From the NCBI GenBank assembly GCA_051942245.1, contig JAVECL010000165.1, positions 1 to 40,912 of the forward strand: DNA of 40,912 nt. Reading direction: 5' to 3'. The position numbers and the translations under genes were made by a program. The notes under the pieces were generated by a model. It made no database searches, had not been told where the DNA came from, and saw only the letters and a program-made list of their open reading frames with translations. Shown here piece by piece: positions 12,641 to 23,507 of the stretch. Positions within the stretch are counted from its first letter, which is position 1, and each line of letters opens with the position of its first letter. This DNA comes from Trypethelium eluteriae. Taxonomy: Eukaryota.

Positions 12641-12915
12641 CGCATGGTTGAACGCATCTTTCTCGGCGTAGATGATTCAGGGGTAAGTCAAGCCTCCTCT
12701 GCGACGCAACGAAAGCATATGCATGTCTGCATTAATCGCACTGACACGATTGTTAGACTGGTGCTGCTCATATCCACTTCTGCAATATTCAAGATGCGAT
12801 CAGTTTCATGAGGGAACATGTACAAGACCCCGACTTCGAAAACTCCAATGTGCTCTTTACTGCGGACCCATGCGCTAAGGCCACGGGTATTCATCATGAA
12901 AACCCCAACATTTGA
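12560..12915 (+). pseudogene. RRM-like C-terminal domain interrupted by an in-frame TAA (12638-12640); intron 12683-12756
   Basis: Translation through the stop: MIRCVRVDDVDHHWTIPALTEVASSS*RMVERIFLGVDDSG|TGAAHIHFCNIQDAISFMREHVQDPDFENSNVLFTADPCAKATGIHHENPNI*. The intron (GTAAGT...CTGAC...TAG) is phase 0 on both sides. Confidence 0.65.
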
Positions 12916-13566
12916 AGTTTCTCACCTGTCTTTCTGACATTTCTCCCTGCACTTCCTACGGTTTCCTACTAATACCAGTCTACAAGGACGTGAGTGAAGG
13001 AAGTAATATTCTCGGAAGTTGCTTGCCTAGATAGCCTGTGCTTACTTTTCCCAGCTGTGGGCACATTTCCTTTGTTGTCATCTCGATCGGGTGTGAATTA
13101 ATGAGAGTGAGAGAGAGCAGTAGCTAGATTAATACAAGACCTGTGACTAACTACTTGATTCCTGGGCGCAAAGTCAATGCTCCGCACCTCCAGATCATCT
13201 AGAACTCCTTTTCAACTAATATCTCAGGAACCGAATGCCTCCCCCATATTCATAGATACTGGACTTTATGAGTTGATCCGAAGGGTGCCGGGGTCGAACG
13301 CATGTACATCCCAACAAGCCGGAGTCAATGCAGGATCACATATTCAATCTTGCAAATGCTAGTTCGTTAAAGATGCCGTCATTGCTTCTAAAGTCTGCAA
13401 CAAAATCCGATTCCCGCCAGTTGCCCAATCCTGAGTTGCGATATTCTGTCCGACCATATATTCGGATCACGACGTCGCCCCGATAATTGAACCGTCAGTC
13501 TTCAGCATATTCTAGTTCCAAAAATTCTCCCGACGGATTCCACATCCTCAAGCGCGGTAGGCGATC

Positions 13567-14608
13567 CTAGTATCTAAACCACTGCCTCTGCCCCCTGGGC
13601 CTCAACACCGTCCCACCCATCCCATCCTCCATCAACCCATTCGCACTCCTCTTTGCCGTCTTCTCCGTTCCCAGCACGCTCGCCATGAACTCTTTGATCC
13701 TCTCTATCAACACCAGTCTCTTCGTCCCCGCCTCCTCCGATGAGCGCGGCGTCAGCGACGACGGACTTACATCGCCGCTCGTGTCGCGCTTCGACTTCCG
13801 GGTTGTGAAGCGGAAGAGGCGGCTGATGCGGCGGCGTAACCCCCCAGGTGGCGTCACGATCGTCAAGGAGGATGTGTCGTGAGTGTCGGTGCCGGCGGAA
13901 GTCGAGGTGGCTGGGTAAATGGAGCCGATGCCCGCTATGGACGTGTCCGAATCGGAGTCGGCGGCGAGGAGGAACGCGGGAGTAGGGTGGAGCGGAGTCG
14001 AGGGTTGGGTTGTGGAGAGATACGAGGCGATTTCTTGCTAAGAGGGGTCAGCAGGTAAACCCACACGAGGGAATCAAGGCTTGAAGTAATATAATTGATG
14101 AGTATGAGCGGGTCGTAGCAATGGTTAGTGGTTGGAGGAGTTGGGACGTCTTTTTGATGGATACTGAGTCGTACGGAGTGGGAAAAAAGATAGATGACTT
14201 GTTACAAGGACTATAAATGGCGAAAAAAAGGTGTTAATCTCGACAGAAAACAGCGAACGTGTACAGTGTGAGGAAGGCGATTACATTCTTGACCTTGCAG
14301 ATTTTGTTTGAATAGCTTCAATGAGTACTAAGTAGCCTGTCCCTGCGGTCTTCATAGTAGTTACGACTTACCTCAGTATGCCCTTCTGAGCGCAGTCGGT
14401 CAATATATGCTAATGAAGGAGCTTCGGTTGTCAGATCGGCTGGTATTGGGCCTGCTTTAGCTACTGAACAGAATAGCAGAGCGATCAAACAGGAGACCAT
14501 GGCAAGATTCGGTATACTAAAAGATTGGTGCCTATTCCTGGTCTTGTTATGGTAGGAAATGCGTACAGTTGGCATAGGGATGCGAGGGTTCATCGTAAAG
14601 ATTGTCAT
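13567..14608 (-). CDS. Hypothetical small protein, possibly secreted or membrane-targeted (about 200-235 aa), 2 exons
   Basis: Exon 14608-14372 contains the hydrophobic stretch MVSCLIALLFCSVAKAGP (alternative ATG at 14500). A 334-nt intron 14371-14038 (GTAAGT...GCTGAC...TAG) joins ...RLRSEGHTE to QEIASYLST..., in frame with ORF 13567-13866. Confidence 0.6.
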
Positions 14609-15356
14609 ATTGTTTTTCCGAAAAAACGGATCGCGAAGAGACGAATTGCATGCAAGCGAAAGACTGTTCGAGAATATGCTTTTCCTCCGATTTCCTGAGC
14701 GGCGGCTGAAGCATTATAGATGCTCACAAGGTCCTCTCCTCAGCCATTCTGGTCGAAGGTACGATTTGACTGCAAGGGAGCCATGATGGCCCCAGCCGTG
14801 CGCAAGGTATACAACCTGTATCAGTTCTTCCGGAAATTGTTGCACAAGCTGACGGAGATCCACTCAGGAAAGGTTAGTTGTGGCTGGTAAGTACCGGAAC
14901 TTAGATGGATAGTCGAAGGAGGGAAGAGCGTTGGCAGTTCATAAACCCCCTTGAGACGCGCTGTTTTGGAATGTTGGCCGCGCTGCGCGTCAATGTGTGT
15001 GACCTGACGAGGAACGAAACAAGGTTAGCTAAGCAAGGGATACTGGAGATTTCAGCAGCCACCGACGATCAATGATTCATGAGGCACCTAACGGATGCAC
15101 TTGCTGGGTATCGTATTTACATTGGAGGTTGGAGTACTTTCCGACCGGCAAAAACGCCCCCGAAGATATATCCTAGGGAAAAAGACTTGAAGCAAAACGG
15201 AACTTCAGGAAGACGCCATCATCCTCTATGCAGACCTTTCAAGGGCTCTGATTGCCCATCCACATGCGCGTCTAGCAAAAGCAGACGTAAACACTTTCTC
15301 AGCGCCAAGTCCCCTCGTAGAGGCCAGAATGTAAGCCTGGTAAATAGAGCAGCAAT

Positions 15357-16664
15357 TCACTCGGCAAGAAACGGTTTCGCCGGCATTGCGCCAATTGGTG
15401 CGCCAAAATTTAAACTCCTTTTTATCTTCAGCTTTGGTCCTGCGTCAACCCCCGTGCCTTGTGCGTCTGTTTTAAGGGGGAGAGGCTGGTCATTAGCAGG
15501 TGCTTCGCTAGTATCGCCATCTTCAGAAATTGTCCCTTGCAGCACAGTTGGTCTGCTATGACTGGGAAACTGCACTGCATCTTGCAACTTCTCCTCTAGG
15601 GCGTTGATAATAATCGCGCCTCCATTTTCAGGGTTGTTCGGTAAACCCAGTGGCCCGGTAAGGGCGCGGTCTTCCATGACGTCGTGCACAGGATCGTTCT
15701 CCGATGGAACCAGAGCTTCTGCATTTTGATGTGTGTTTCTCACTGTAGGCGTATCCTGCCCACCAGGTGTGTTACTGACACTCATGGCCTCTGGCTTCAA
15801 CGGGGTGTGGCCAGCATACGCCCTATTCTTCGGTGGAGGAGGAGATAGTATAGCAGTGGAGGTAGGAGGTGATCGAGGGCCCTCGGAGTCGTCTGCTCGA
15901 GGAGTGCAGTCCGCTCGCGGCGATACTAAAGCAGCTTAGTAGCAACATCACTTTTCGACTTTCATGCCCTACTAACCATCGTTATTGCCATCGACACTAA
16001 GAGCCACGTGGGCAAAAGCACCTCCTCGTGCTTGCTGATCCAACCATTGCAACGTCTTTGGTGTATGTTCGTCTGCAACCTCTGTGATACTCGAGAGTCG
16101 ATGGTTGCCATTTAAGAGAGCAGGAGGTACTTGCGACAGCGCAGGGGCTGTCATTGCGGCAGGGTCAGACAGCGTTCGCATGCCATCCTCATTGCCATAG
16201 CCATTACTGCGGGAAGCGTCCCTTGATGTATCCCTAGATCTTGAGCCATTTCTAGCCAAAGTAGCTGTCTCGAGTGCCAATTCCAATTGCTTTGATTTGG
16301 ATCGCTCAATGATGAGTTCTGATTCAAGTCTGGCAAGCTCCGCTTGTAGCTTCTTTCTTTCCTTTCTGTTGATCTCCTCTTTGAGCTCAAAAGCTTCTTG
16401 CTGTTTCTGGTACAGCTCTCGCCAACTCAAGTCATCTTGGGGATCTTGATACGCTATGCTTGGTGTTCGAATAGGAGAAGTAAGTCTCTCGCGCGATGTT
16501 GAAGGAACTCGACTGGCGCTTCGCACTTGTTCCCTGCGGGAGATTGAGGGCATATTTGAGCCAGGAGGAGATGCGATCGAAGAGCTGCGCAACGACTGCA
16601 AGGGGTCATTTGGCGAAGGCATGAATGCACTGGGAGGTGATTTAGGTGGTTTCGTTTCGCTCAT
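15357..16664 (-). CDS. Hypothetical protein (about 418 aa) with coiled coil and Ser/Pro-rich regions, 2 exons
   Basis: Intron 15976-15926 (GTTAGT...TAG) joins ORF 15972-16664 in frame to ORF 15357-15800 via LSPPPPKNRAYAGHTPLKP. C-terminus is LKIKRSLNFGAPIG. Confidence 0.75.
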
Positions 16665-17174
16665 GACTGGAACGTTAGATTATATCGTATAGGGAGATAT
16701 TGAAACTCCTGCAGGTCTTTCGCAATATGACAGCACATTCAGCACTGACTCAATGGCGAATTGCACAATTTTGGATCAGCGTGAGCCAGTGATCGGAGCC
16801 GGTAGCGGTGAGGTAGTTACATAGACACGCGACAGCTACTGCAACTTTGTTTGCCGTTGCTGATGGCCACCAATCCGACCGAGACACGGATGACGAGACT
16901 AGGGAAGGCAGACCCAAACTCCGGAAGAGACAAACGAGAGAGTGCTACGGGGAGGACGAGTGACAGAAGAAAAAGACAGAGACACGCCAGCGCATACTAA
17001 TGGAATGATGAGAATAATGATCGCGGCCGGTGACGTCGATCCGGGCGTGCCTGAAGATCCTTGACCAGGTACACGAGCACCGCGACCACTGCAACGCGCA
17101 TTCGTCCAACTCTCACCTCGCTACTCCGGCTTCCGTCCCCGAACTTCTAATCTCTTGCTCGCACACGGCGCAGT

Positions 17175-18251
17175 ATGGAACCAGCTGAGATCCTCCTCCA
17201 AGCTGGACTTCAGCATGGAAGACTGCATGGCCGCATCGACTATAACGTGGTTCCGTCATCAATCAAGCAATCTAGCCACAGCCTCCAACAAGTTCTAGTC
17301 TTCGTCAATGGATTGATGCTGCCTCAGGAGGGTTGGTTTCCAGTCATGGCTGACCTCATCCGGAAATGCCAGACGGCAAACTCACCTTTTCCTGCTATGC
17401 TTTCATACGATCGAGCAGGTCAAGGGAGGTCAGGTCCACATCCGAAAGATGAGAATCCCGAGCCAGACTCCGAGCCAGGATACCGTCATGATTGCCAAGA
17501 CTCAGCCGCTGAACTTGAAGATCTCATCTGCCATATCCTGCAGCACCCAATTTTCACGGCGTCAAAGAACGCGAAAATGATACTGGTCTGTAACTCCATT
17601 GGCTGTCCGATCGGACGATTATATGCACAACAGCATCGGGAGTCCATCGTCGGTCTGATATTTCTAGACTCCAACATCACGAATACAGATTTCGTCTCTA
17701 TTTGGCCTGATCCAGATTCGCCCAGCTTTGATGCCAGTAGCTTGCCGCAAGGTATCGATCCGGATGGATTGAGACTGACAAGAATGAAGTTTAGCAAGGC
17801 GTTTCATCCATCAGTGTCAAACCCGGAAGGTTTGAACCGACGGAATCTCTCCGAGCTCCTCCCTCAGGGCGATGAGCCCAGCCTTTACGAGTCCAGGAGT
17901 AAGGGTCCTTTTGTGACTGTAGTTGGGCATGATCCACGGGCTTTCGCCGAGCAGAGCCAAGCAGTGAGTTCGCAACACCGCATGTTTCTTGAGGAAGAGA
18001 CAATCAAGCGGCGACGAAAAGAATTGATTTTGTCCTAGGGCTCTCTAGAAATTCCTTTTGCATACACTGCACTCTACTTGAATCCTTTTTGGCACGAATA
18101 CAATGTAGCTCTTACAAGAATCGCTCACCCATCACGCAGAAAAGGTCCTATCATTGCCAGTGGATGTGGCCACTTTATCCAGAAAGACGACCCGCAGTTC
18201 GTTGCGAGCACTATTTTGGATCTTTTACAGAGGGTTAATGATTCTGACTAG
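17175..18251 (+). CDS. Alpha/beta-fold hydrolase (putative esterase), about 333 aa, 2 exons
   Basis: VFVNGL oxyanion region, YDRAGQGRS, nucleophile elbow LVCNSIG, LIFLDS. After intron 17964-18038 the second exon carries the catalytic-His motif GCGHFIQKDDP and ends at TAG 18249-18251. Confidence 0.88.
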
Positions 18252-18362
18252 CAGAAGCTCGGCTACCTTCAGATTACAGGCAACCCGTCATCTCTTGAGT
18301 AGCATTGCCTGGCTTTGCCAGTCGGTCCTCTTGACCTATCGCAAAGGAAGTCCGACCAAAAA

Positions 18363-19415
18363 CTACAGCACGAAGGCCTCTAGTGTGTTCGGGGCGAAAA
18401 GTTCCTCTGCTTTGAACCTGCGCTTTGATAGACCCTGCTTGTGATGATATTCCAAGAACTTTTCTAGAACATGCCTGTTCTCCTCGAAGCCATCCTCCCA
18501 CCATCTCACATCTCCCATTAGGGTTTTGGTCTGCTCAACGTGTTCTTCGAGCCAAGGCAACATGTACCGCAGCGCCGAGCGTTCTGCAAGTGCTTCATAA
18601 GCGACATCTAAAGATTTTGCAAAGGCTTTCTGCAAAGACCTTGCGATCCATGGGTTTGCTTCATAAACATTTCGTTTCAGAGCAATCACATGCATGATTG
18701 GAAAGATCTTAGTGCGCTTGTAGTACTCCGCTTCAATCTCCCTGAAGTTTGGGAAGAGATGTGTGACATGGTCACTTGTATCAAATGATGATGGCTTATA
18801 CGCGGTGAAAAGCGCATCTATTTCACCATCCGCAAGCATCTGGGATAAATTCTGATCGGGTGTAATTGCAGTAACGGTTACTCCTTCTGGCAGTGAATGA
18901 GGGATCTTGCTCGTCCTTTCGATTGCAGAAGGTTCAACTGCTCCACTGAAAAAGGTAACACTGGTCATTGGTACGCCAAATTCTTCCTCCATGATGCCTC
19001 TTTGCCAAACTGGGGCAGTCACTAAATCAAAAGATCAACACAATGTTTCCACGAGCTGACTGGACAAGAAGATCATACTTTGATACTCCGGAAGCCCGAT
19101 TCTCTTGCCTTTGAGATCCTGAGGTGTCTTGATACCAGCCTTAGTATTGATGTATATAGATTGGTGCCGGAAATAACGTGATGGGAACACTGGAATCGCG
19201 ATGAAGGGAGGATCCTCCTTGTTGAGCGTAAGGGTGTAGGATGATAGTGATAATTCCGAAACATCGAATTCGTGGAATCGCAGCTGGCGGAAGAATGTCT
19301 CCTCAACACGGTAGTTGAGGAAATACAGTTCAATCCCTTCTGGGCGGACTCTTCCATCCTCGATGGCTTTGACTCGGTCATAGTCCCAACACGCGAATGA
19401 CAGTTTGAGGGCCAT
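18363..19415 (-). CDS. 4,5-dihydroxyphthalate decarboxylase-like protein (periplasmic-binding-protein type II fold), about 331 aa, 2 exons
   Basis: MALKLSFACWDYDRV..DGRVRPEGIEL..EETFFRQL..EFDVSELSLSSY..FIAIPVFPSRYFRHQSIY..PQDLKGKRIGLPEYQM|TAPVWQRG..LADGEIDAL..YYKRTKIFPIMHVIAL..YHHKQGL..EELFAP matches my recollection of the bacterial Pht5/PhtD family. Intron 19078-19022 splits the ATG of PEYQM. Confidence 0.85.
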
Positions 19416-20534
19416 TCCAGCCGATGAACTGCGTCTGGCGAGGTTGTACAAGGTCCGACCTCTGAGACGCAATGAATCGATACTTGCTAATGGACATCCG
19501 ATTTAGCTTGATATTTGCTCCGTACTCCGTACTTCGGTCGTGTCCCGCATTTCGGATACAGGTGTCGGTTCGTGTGCGGCATCAGCAAGCGCAGTGATGT
19601 CAGAGGGGTCTACTAGAAGGCTCAAAAGGCCCAAAGACACAAAGGACGACTAGTATTTGATGTATTTTCCGGGGTCGCAGTCATCATGAGTGGTCAGTCT
19701 GGTGAATCTGCCAGGTTGATTATATAAGCACTTCTCGCCAGGTCACCGGTAAAGGTTTCCTGTTGCGACCTCATGGTGTTTTCCTGATCCTGGCCTTCTA
19801 ACAACATATCGTGAGACTTACCTTAGGCACATTACGAGTTCTCCCAGCTTGGCCGACTTCCATTCCCGCGACTTTCTGGTCAGCACTACTCATGCTGTCC
19901 ACTAAGGTGCGGAACAAGGCGGAACGACGCGAGGTACGGAGAACCAATCATCCAATACTGTATCGTATCGTCAGAATCGGCGGAATTTGCGGGGTAGAAA
20001 ATAAAATACAAACAGATCGGAACCTACTCGCATCGCGGTGCAGACTTTCTCAACATCGAACAGCTAAAGACCCTCATTGATCAATGTTGCCGTCGCAGCA
20101 TGCCGGCCTATGCCACTGCGTTTTCCCACCCTCCCATTCACCGGAGAACTTCCACACTCTCTGATCATTGGCCCAATAGATTTCCTACAGGCTCTCCCAA
20201 TTTTTTGAACTGGAACGAGTTAGTCGCCACCGCTACGTGTGGCAGACATAATTGCTTCTGCATTTCCTTGACTCATCCAATGCTTCTTGCTTCAGCAGTA
20301 TATCTACGCCGAGTATTGTCGCTACATGTCAGGCATCGACCACTTTGTCCGTAATTGTACTTTCTCTCAATACTAATAGAACCAACATTTTGTCGGCCAT
20401 TCGCATTGTCCAAGACTTCTCAAAATTTCTTTGCGATCTTGTAAACATTACCTTCTCGTGCAACCAACTTTCCTGGGTTCTAATCTTCTATGACCTACGC
20501 CGCCTTCTGTTGATCAACGCTACCTTTGTCGAAC
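19416..20534. promoter_or_regulatory. Divergent (bidirectional) promoter region shared by the decarboxylase and monooxygenase genes, with CGG-containing repeats
   Basis: Head-to-head ATGs at 19415 and 20535. GCGGAAC direct repeat at 19909 and 19919; CGGAGAAC at 19937 and 20142; CCAAT at 19944 and 19952. Confidence 0.5.
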
Positions 20535-22544
20535 ATGGTCCGTCAAACGGACATATTGATCTGCGGGAGTGGCTCTGCGGGTCTATGCGCCGCTGCATGG
20601 TTTGCAAAGTGTGGTGTAGACTTTACGATCCTCGACAAACGACCCGGACCCATGGAGCGAGGACAAGCAGATGGGGTCCAATGCCGGACCGTTGAGGTAT
20701 TCGAAAGCTTTGGAATCGCCGAAGACCTTTTAAGAGCATCATATCACGTTTTAGAGGTAGCTTTCTGGTCTTTGAACGAACAGGGAAAGCTCATACGGGC
20801 GAAGCGAGTTGCGGATACCGAGCCAGGACTAAGTCATATGCCACATGTCATTCTCAATCAAGCCCGGCTGAATGCAATTTTGTTGGACTATATGCATAGC
20901 CAGAGTGGGCGAGAAGTTGCATACGGATACGCAGTCAAACACGTGCAACTCCCTAGTACATCTGTGTCTAATCCCGCCCACGCCCAATATCCTGTCAGCG
21001 TAATCGCCGAGAAAGATGGCAATGAGGAAATCTTTCACGCCAAATACGTCCTTGTAAGCATTCCATCTCACATGATTCCCAATTCTTCTCCTCTAATGGT
21101 ATGGCTGCCACTTGTCAGGGCTGTGATGGCGCTCATAGCAGCATACGCAAATCCCTCGGATACCGCATGCTTGGAGATAGCACCGATGCTATTTGGGGCG
21201 TCATGGACATCTATCCACGCACTGCTTTCCCTGACATCCGACGCAAAGTTACCATTCATAGCGCCTCTGGCAACCTTCTCATTATTCCCCGAGAAGGTGG
21301 CTCTCTCGTACGCTTCTACGTCGAACTACCCCCTGGTACTCAAGCTCAGCACGTCACCCTTGCCGACCTTCATGCAACAGCGAGGAGAATATTCACGCAG
21401 TACGATCTCGACTTCTCCGAAACATACTGGTGGTCAGCCTATTCCATCGGCCAGCGCCTCGTCGATCACTTCACCGCCAGCGCCGGGACCTCCTCGTCTT
21501 CCTCCCCCGTAGACTGCCAACCGCGCGTCTTTCTTACTGGAGACGCATGCCACACGCACTCTCCCAAGGCAGGCCAAGGAATGAATGTCTCCTTGCAAGA
21601 CGGCTACAATCTGGGTTGGAAGCTTGCGCACGTCCTGCAGAACCGCGCGTCACCACTCCTCCTACGCACCTATGAGCGTGAGCGGGGGATGGTGGCGAAA
21701 GATCTCATCGACTTCGATCGCGAACTGATGCAGACCTTCAGTAAGAAAGGGTCGGCCAATGCGAAAGAATTCAGCGAAGCGTTTATCAAGGCTGGACGGT
21801 ATACCGCTGGACTGACGGCAAAATATGAAGATTCAGAAATTGTGGCTGCAGGACGGAGCCAGCAAGGTCGAGCGCCTGGCTTGGTGGTTGGGATGAGGTT
21901 CCCGAGTGCGCAAGTGGTAAGATTCTGTGATGCAAGAGCAATGCAGCTAGTGAGGGCGCTGCCAGCAGATGGCAGGTGGCGGATTGTGGTCTTTGCGGGG
22001 AAGATTGGGGACGGTAAGACGATACGGAGGCTGGAGAGGCTTGCAAAATTCCTAGAAGGCACGGATGGTCCGGTGAAGAGGTTTACGCCGAATGGAGCAG
22101 ATGTCGATGCCTTCATTGAGCCTATAGTGGTGTTCAGCGGGAAGCGGGTCGAGTTGGAGCAGGAGTTGATACCACCATATTTCTGGCCAGAGACGGGAAA
22201 GTGGAAAATGAGAGGTATGCGCGCAAACTGTGCATAATTCGCAGGGCACAAATTTCCCCTCTCCCCTTCACTGAGTGAGGACTGACGAGCATGACAGATA
22301 TCCACAAAGTCTTCGTCGATGACGAAAGCTATAACTCTGGCCATGGCCATGCATATCAAAAGTATGGTGTCAATGTAGCGGATGGCGTATTGGCAATTGT
22401 GCGCCCGGATCAATGTTCGTCTCCTCCTCTTTCGATTCGCGCTGGCTGTCTATAGAGCTAACTCTTCGGGTAGATGTTTCATTGGTTACGGATCTTGATG
22501 ACCATCGGAGCGTTGGTCAGTTCTTTGAGGGGGTTTGTCTCTAA
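20535..22544 (+). CDS. FAD-dependent phenol 2-monooxygenase / 3-hydroxybenzoate 4-hydroxylase (MobA)-family enzyme, about 600 aa, 4 exons
   Basis: Exons 20535-21053, 21119-22214, 22298-22414 and 22474-22544. Motifs: DILICGSGSAG (Rossmann), GQADGVQCRTVE, GCDGAHS (DG motif), VFLTGDACHTHSPKAGQGMNVS (GD motif), and a thioredoxin-like C-terminal domain ending AIVRPDQYVS. Confidence 0.92.
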
Positions 22545-22615
22545 GAATACCTTAGTATGAAAGGGATATCCTACAGTAGCACGGGAATTAGTAAACACAC
22601 GATATATGTAGACAA

Positions 22616-22796
22616 CCTTACGGCGGCTGGGGGGTTCCTCAACAGGTAATTAATACAATGTTATTTCGAATTCACTGTTATGACCATGTTGGCCCATGTT
22701 AAGGCGGTGTTAACATGGGCTAACAAGGTCTTAACAGTTGAACTGAGGCAACATTGTATTGATTACCTGTTGAGGAAGCCCCCAGCCGCCGTAAGG
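22616..22796. mobile_element. 181-bp foldback / MITE-like element: two 87-bp inverted arms separated by a 7-nt loop
   Basis: Left arm 22616-22702 versus the reverse complement of right arm 22710-22796: 74/87 identical ungapped by manual count, with only 2 mismatches in the outer 47 bp. Ends are CCTTACGGCGGCTGGGGG...CCCCCAGCCGCCGTAAGG. No coding capacity. Confidence 0.75.
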
Positions 22797-23507
22797 AAGG
22801 TTTGAAGTGTTGTTCTAAGGCTTGCCGATTTCCCCTCTCTTACTCTCTTCTCCACTTTTGTGTAGATATTAGAACGAATAGTATATACCTTGGTATTTCT
22901 TATCACTCATTCCCACTCCAAGCCCTTGGTACGTGGAAAGCGAAACATTTCGACTTCGAACTCTATCTCTCTGCGAACTGCACGCTTCACACTGCAATCT
23001 TCTCAAGATGTCTCGAGTCTTCTCTTCTTGCGCCTAGCTCGGGATAATGATCAATTATATCAGACAATCTTGTGGGACTGCAGCGTAGATAGCGTCACAT
23101 GCGTGCCAATTCATCGTTGCGCCTCAGTCGTAGTATCTAGTTGAAGGTTCACATGTTATGTCAAATCCTGGCCTTCGTCGATATCACGACTCATTTAGAA
23201 TTTCTCCACGAACTGTGCTTACCACATGTATCGAATCACTCTCTTACCTAGGGCAACGGCCTAGACTGCCGTAGGTACTGTCTGCCGCTATCATCAGAGA
23301 TACGGATTGTTCGCACCACCTTTAAAACTCAGAAATATGTATTGTGGGGCACCAATCCGGACAACGTTAAGCATAAAAGATTTATCTACTGTAAGGTATC
23401 ATGATTCATCTCTTTAATCTAAGCCTCCGCCGTTGGCACAACTCCAAGTCCGTGTCCCATTCACAACACCAATGACGCCTGTAGCCTGAACAGTTCGGAA
23501 TCTTGAT

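Noticed and set aside
12623..12671. Alternative intron that would remove the TAA at 12638
   Set aside because: Weak donor (GTTGCG) and a 49-nt length that shifts the frame, losing the RRM-like last exon.
21670..22413. 247-aa minus-strand ORF
   Set aside because: Antisense to the monooxygenase coding exons, with no independent features.
22616..22796. Hairpin considered as a CRISPR repeat, tRNA or rho-independent terminator
   Set aside because: Eukaryotic context, a single long inverted repeat with no spacers, no cloverleaf, and far too long for a terminator stem.
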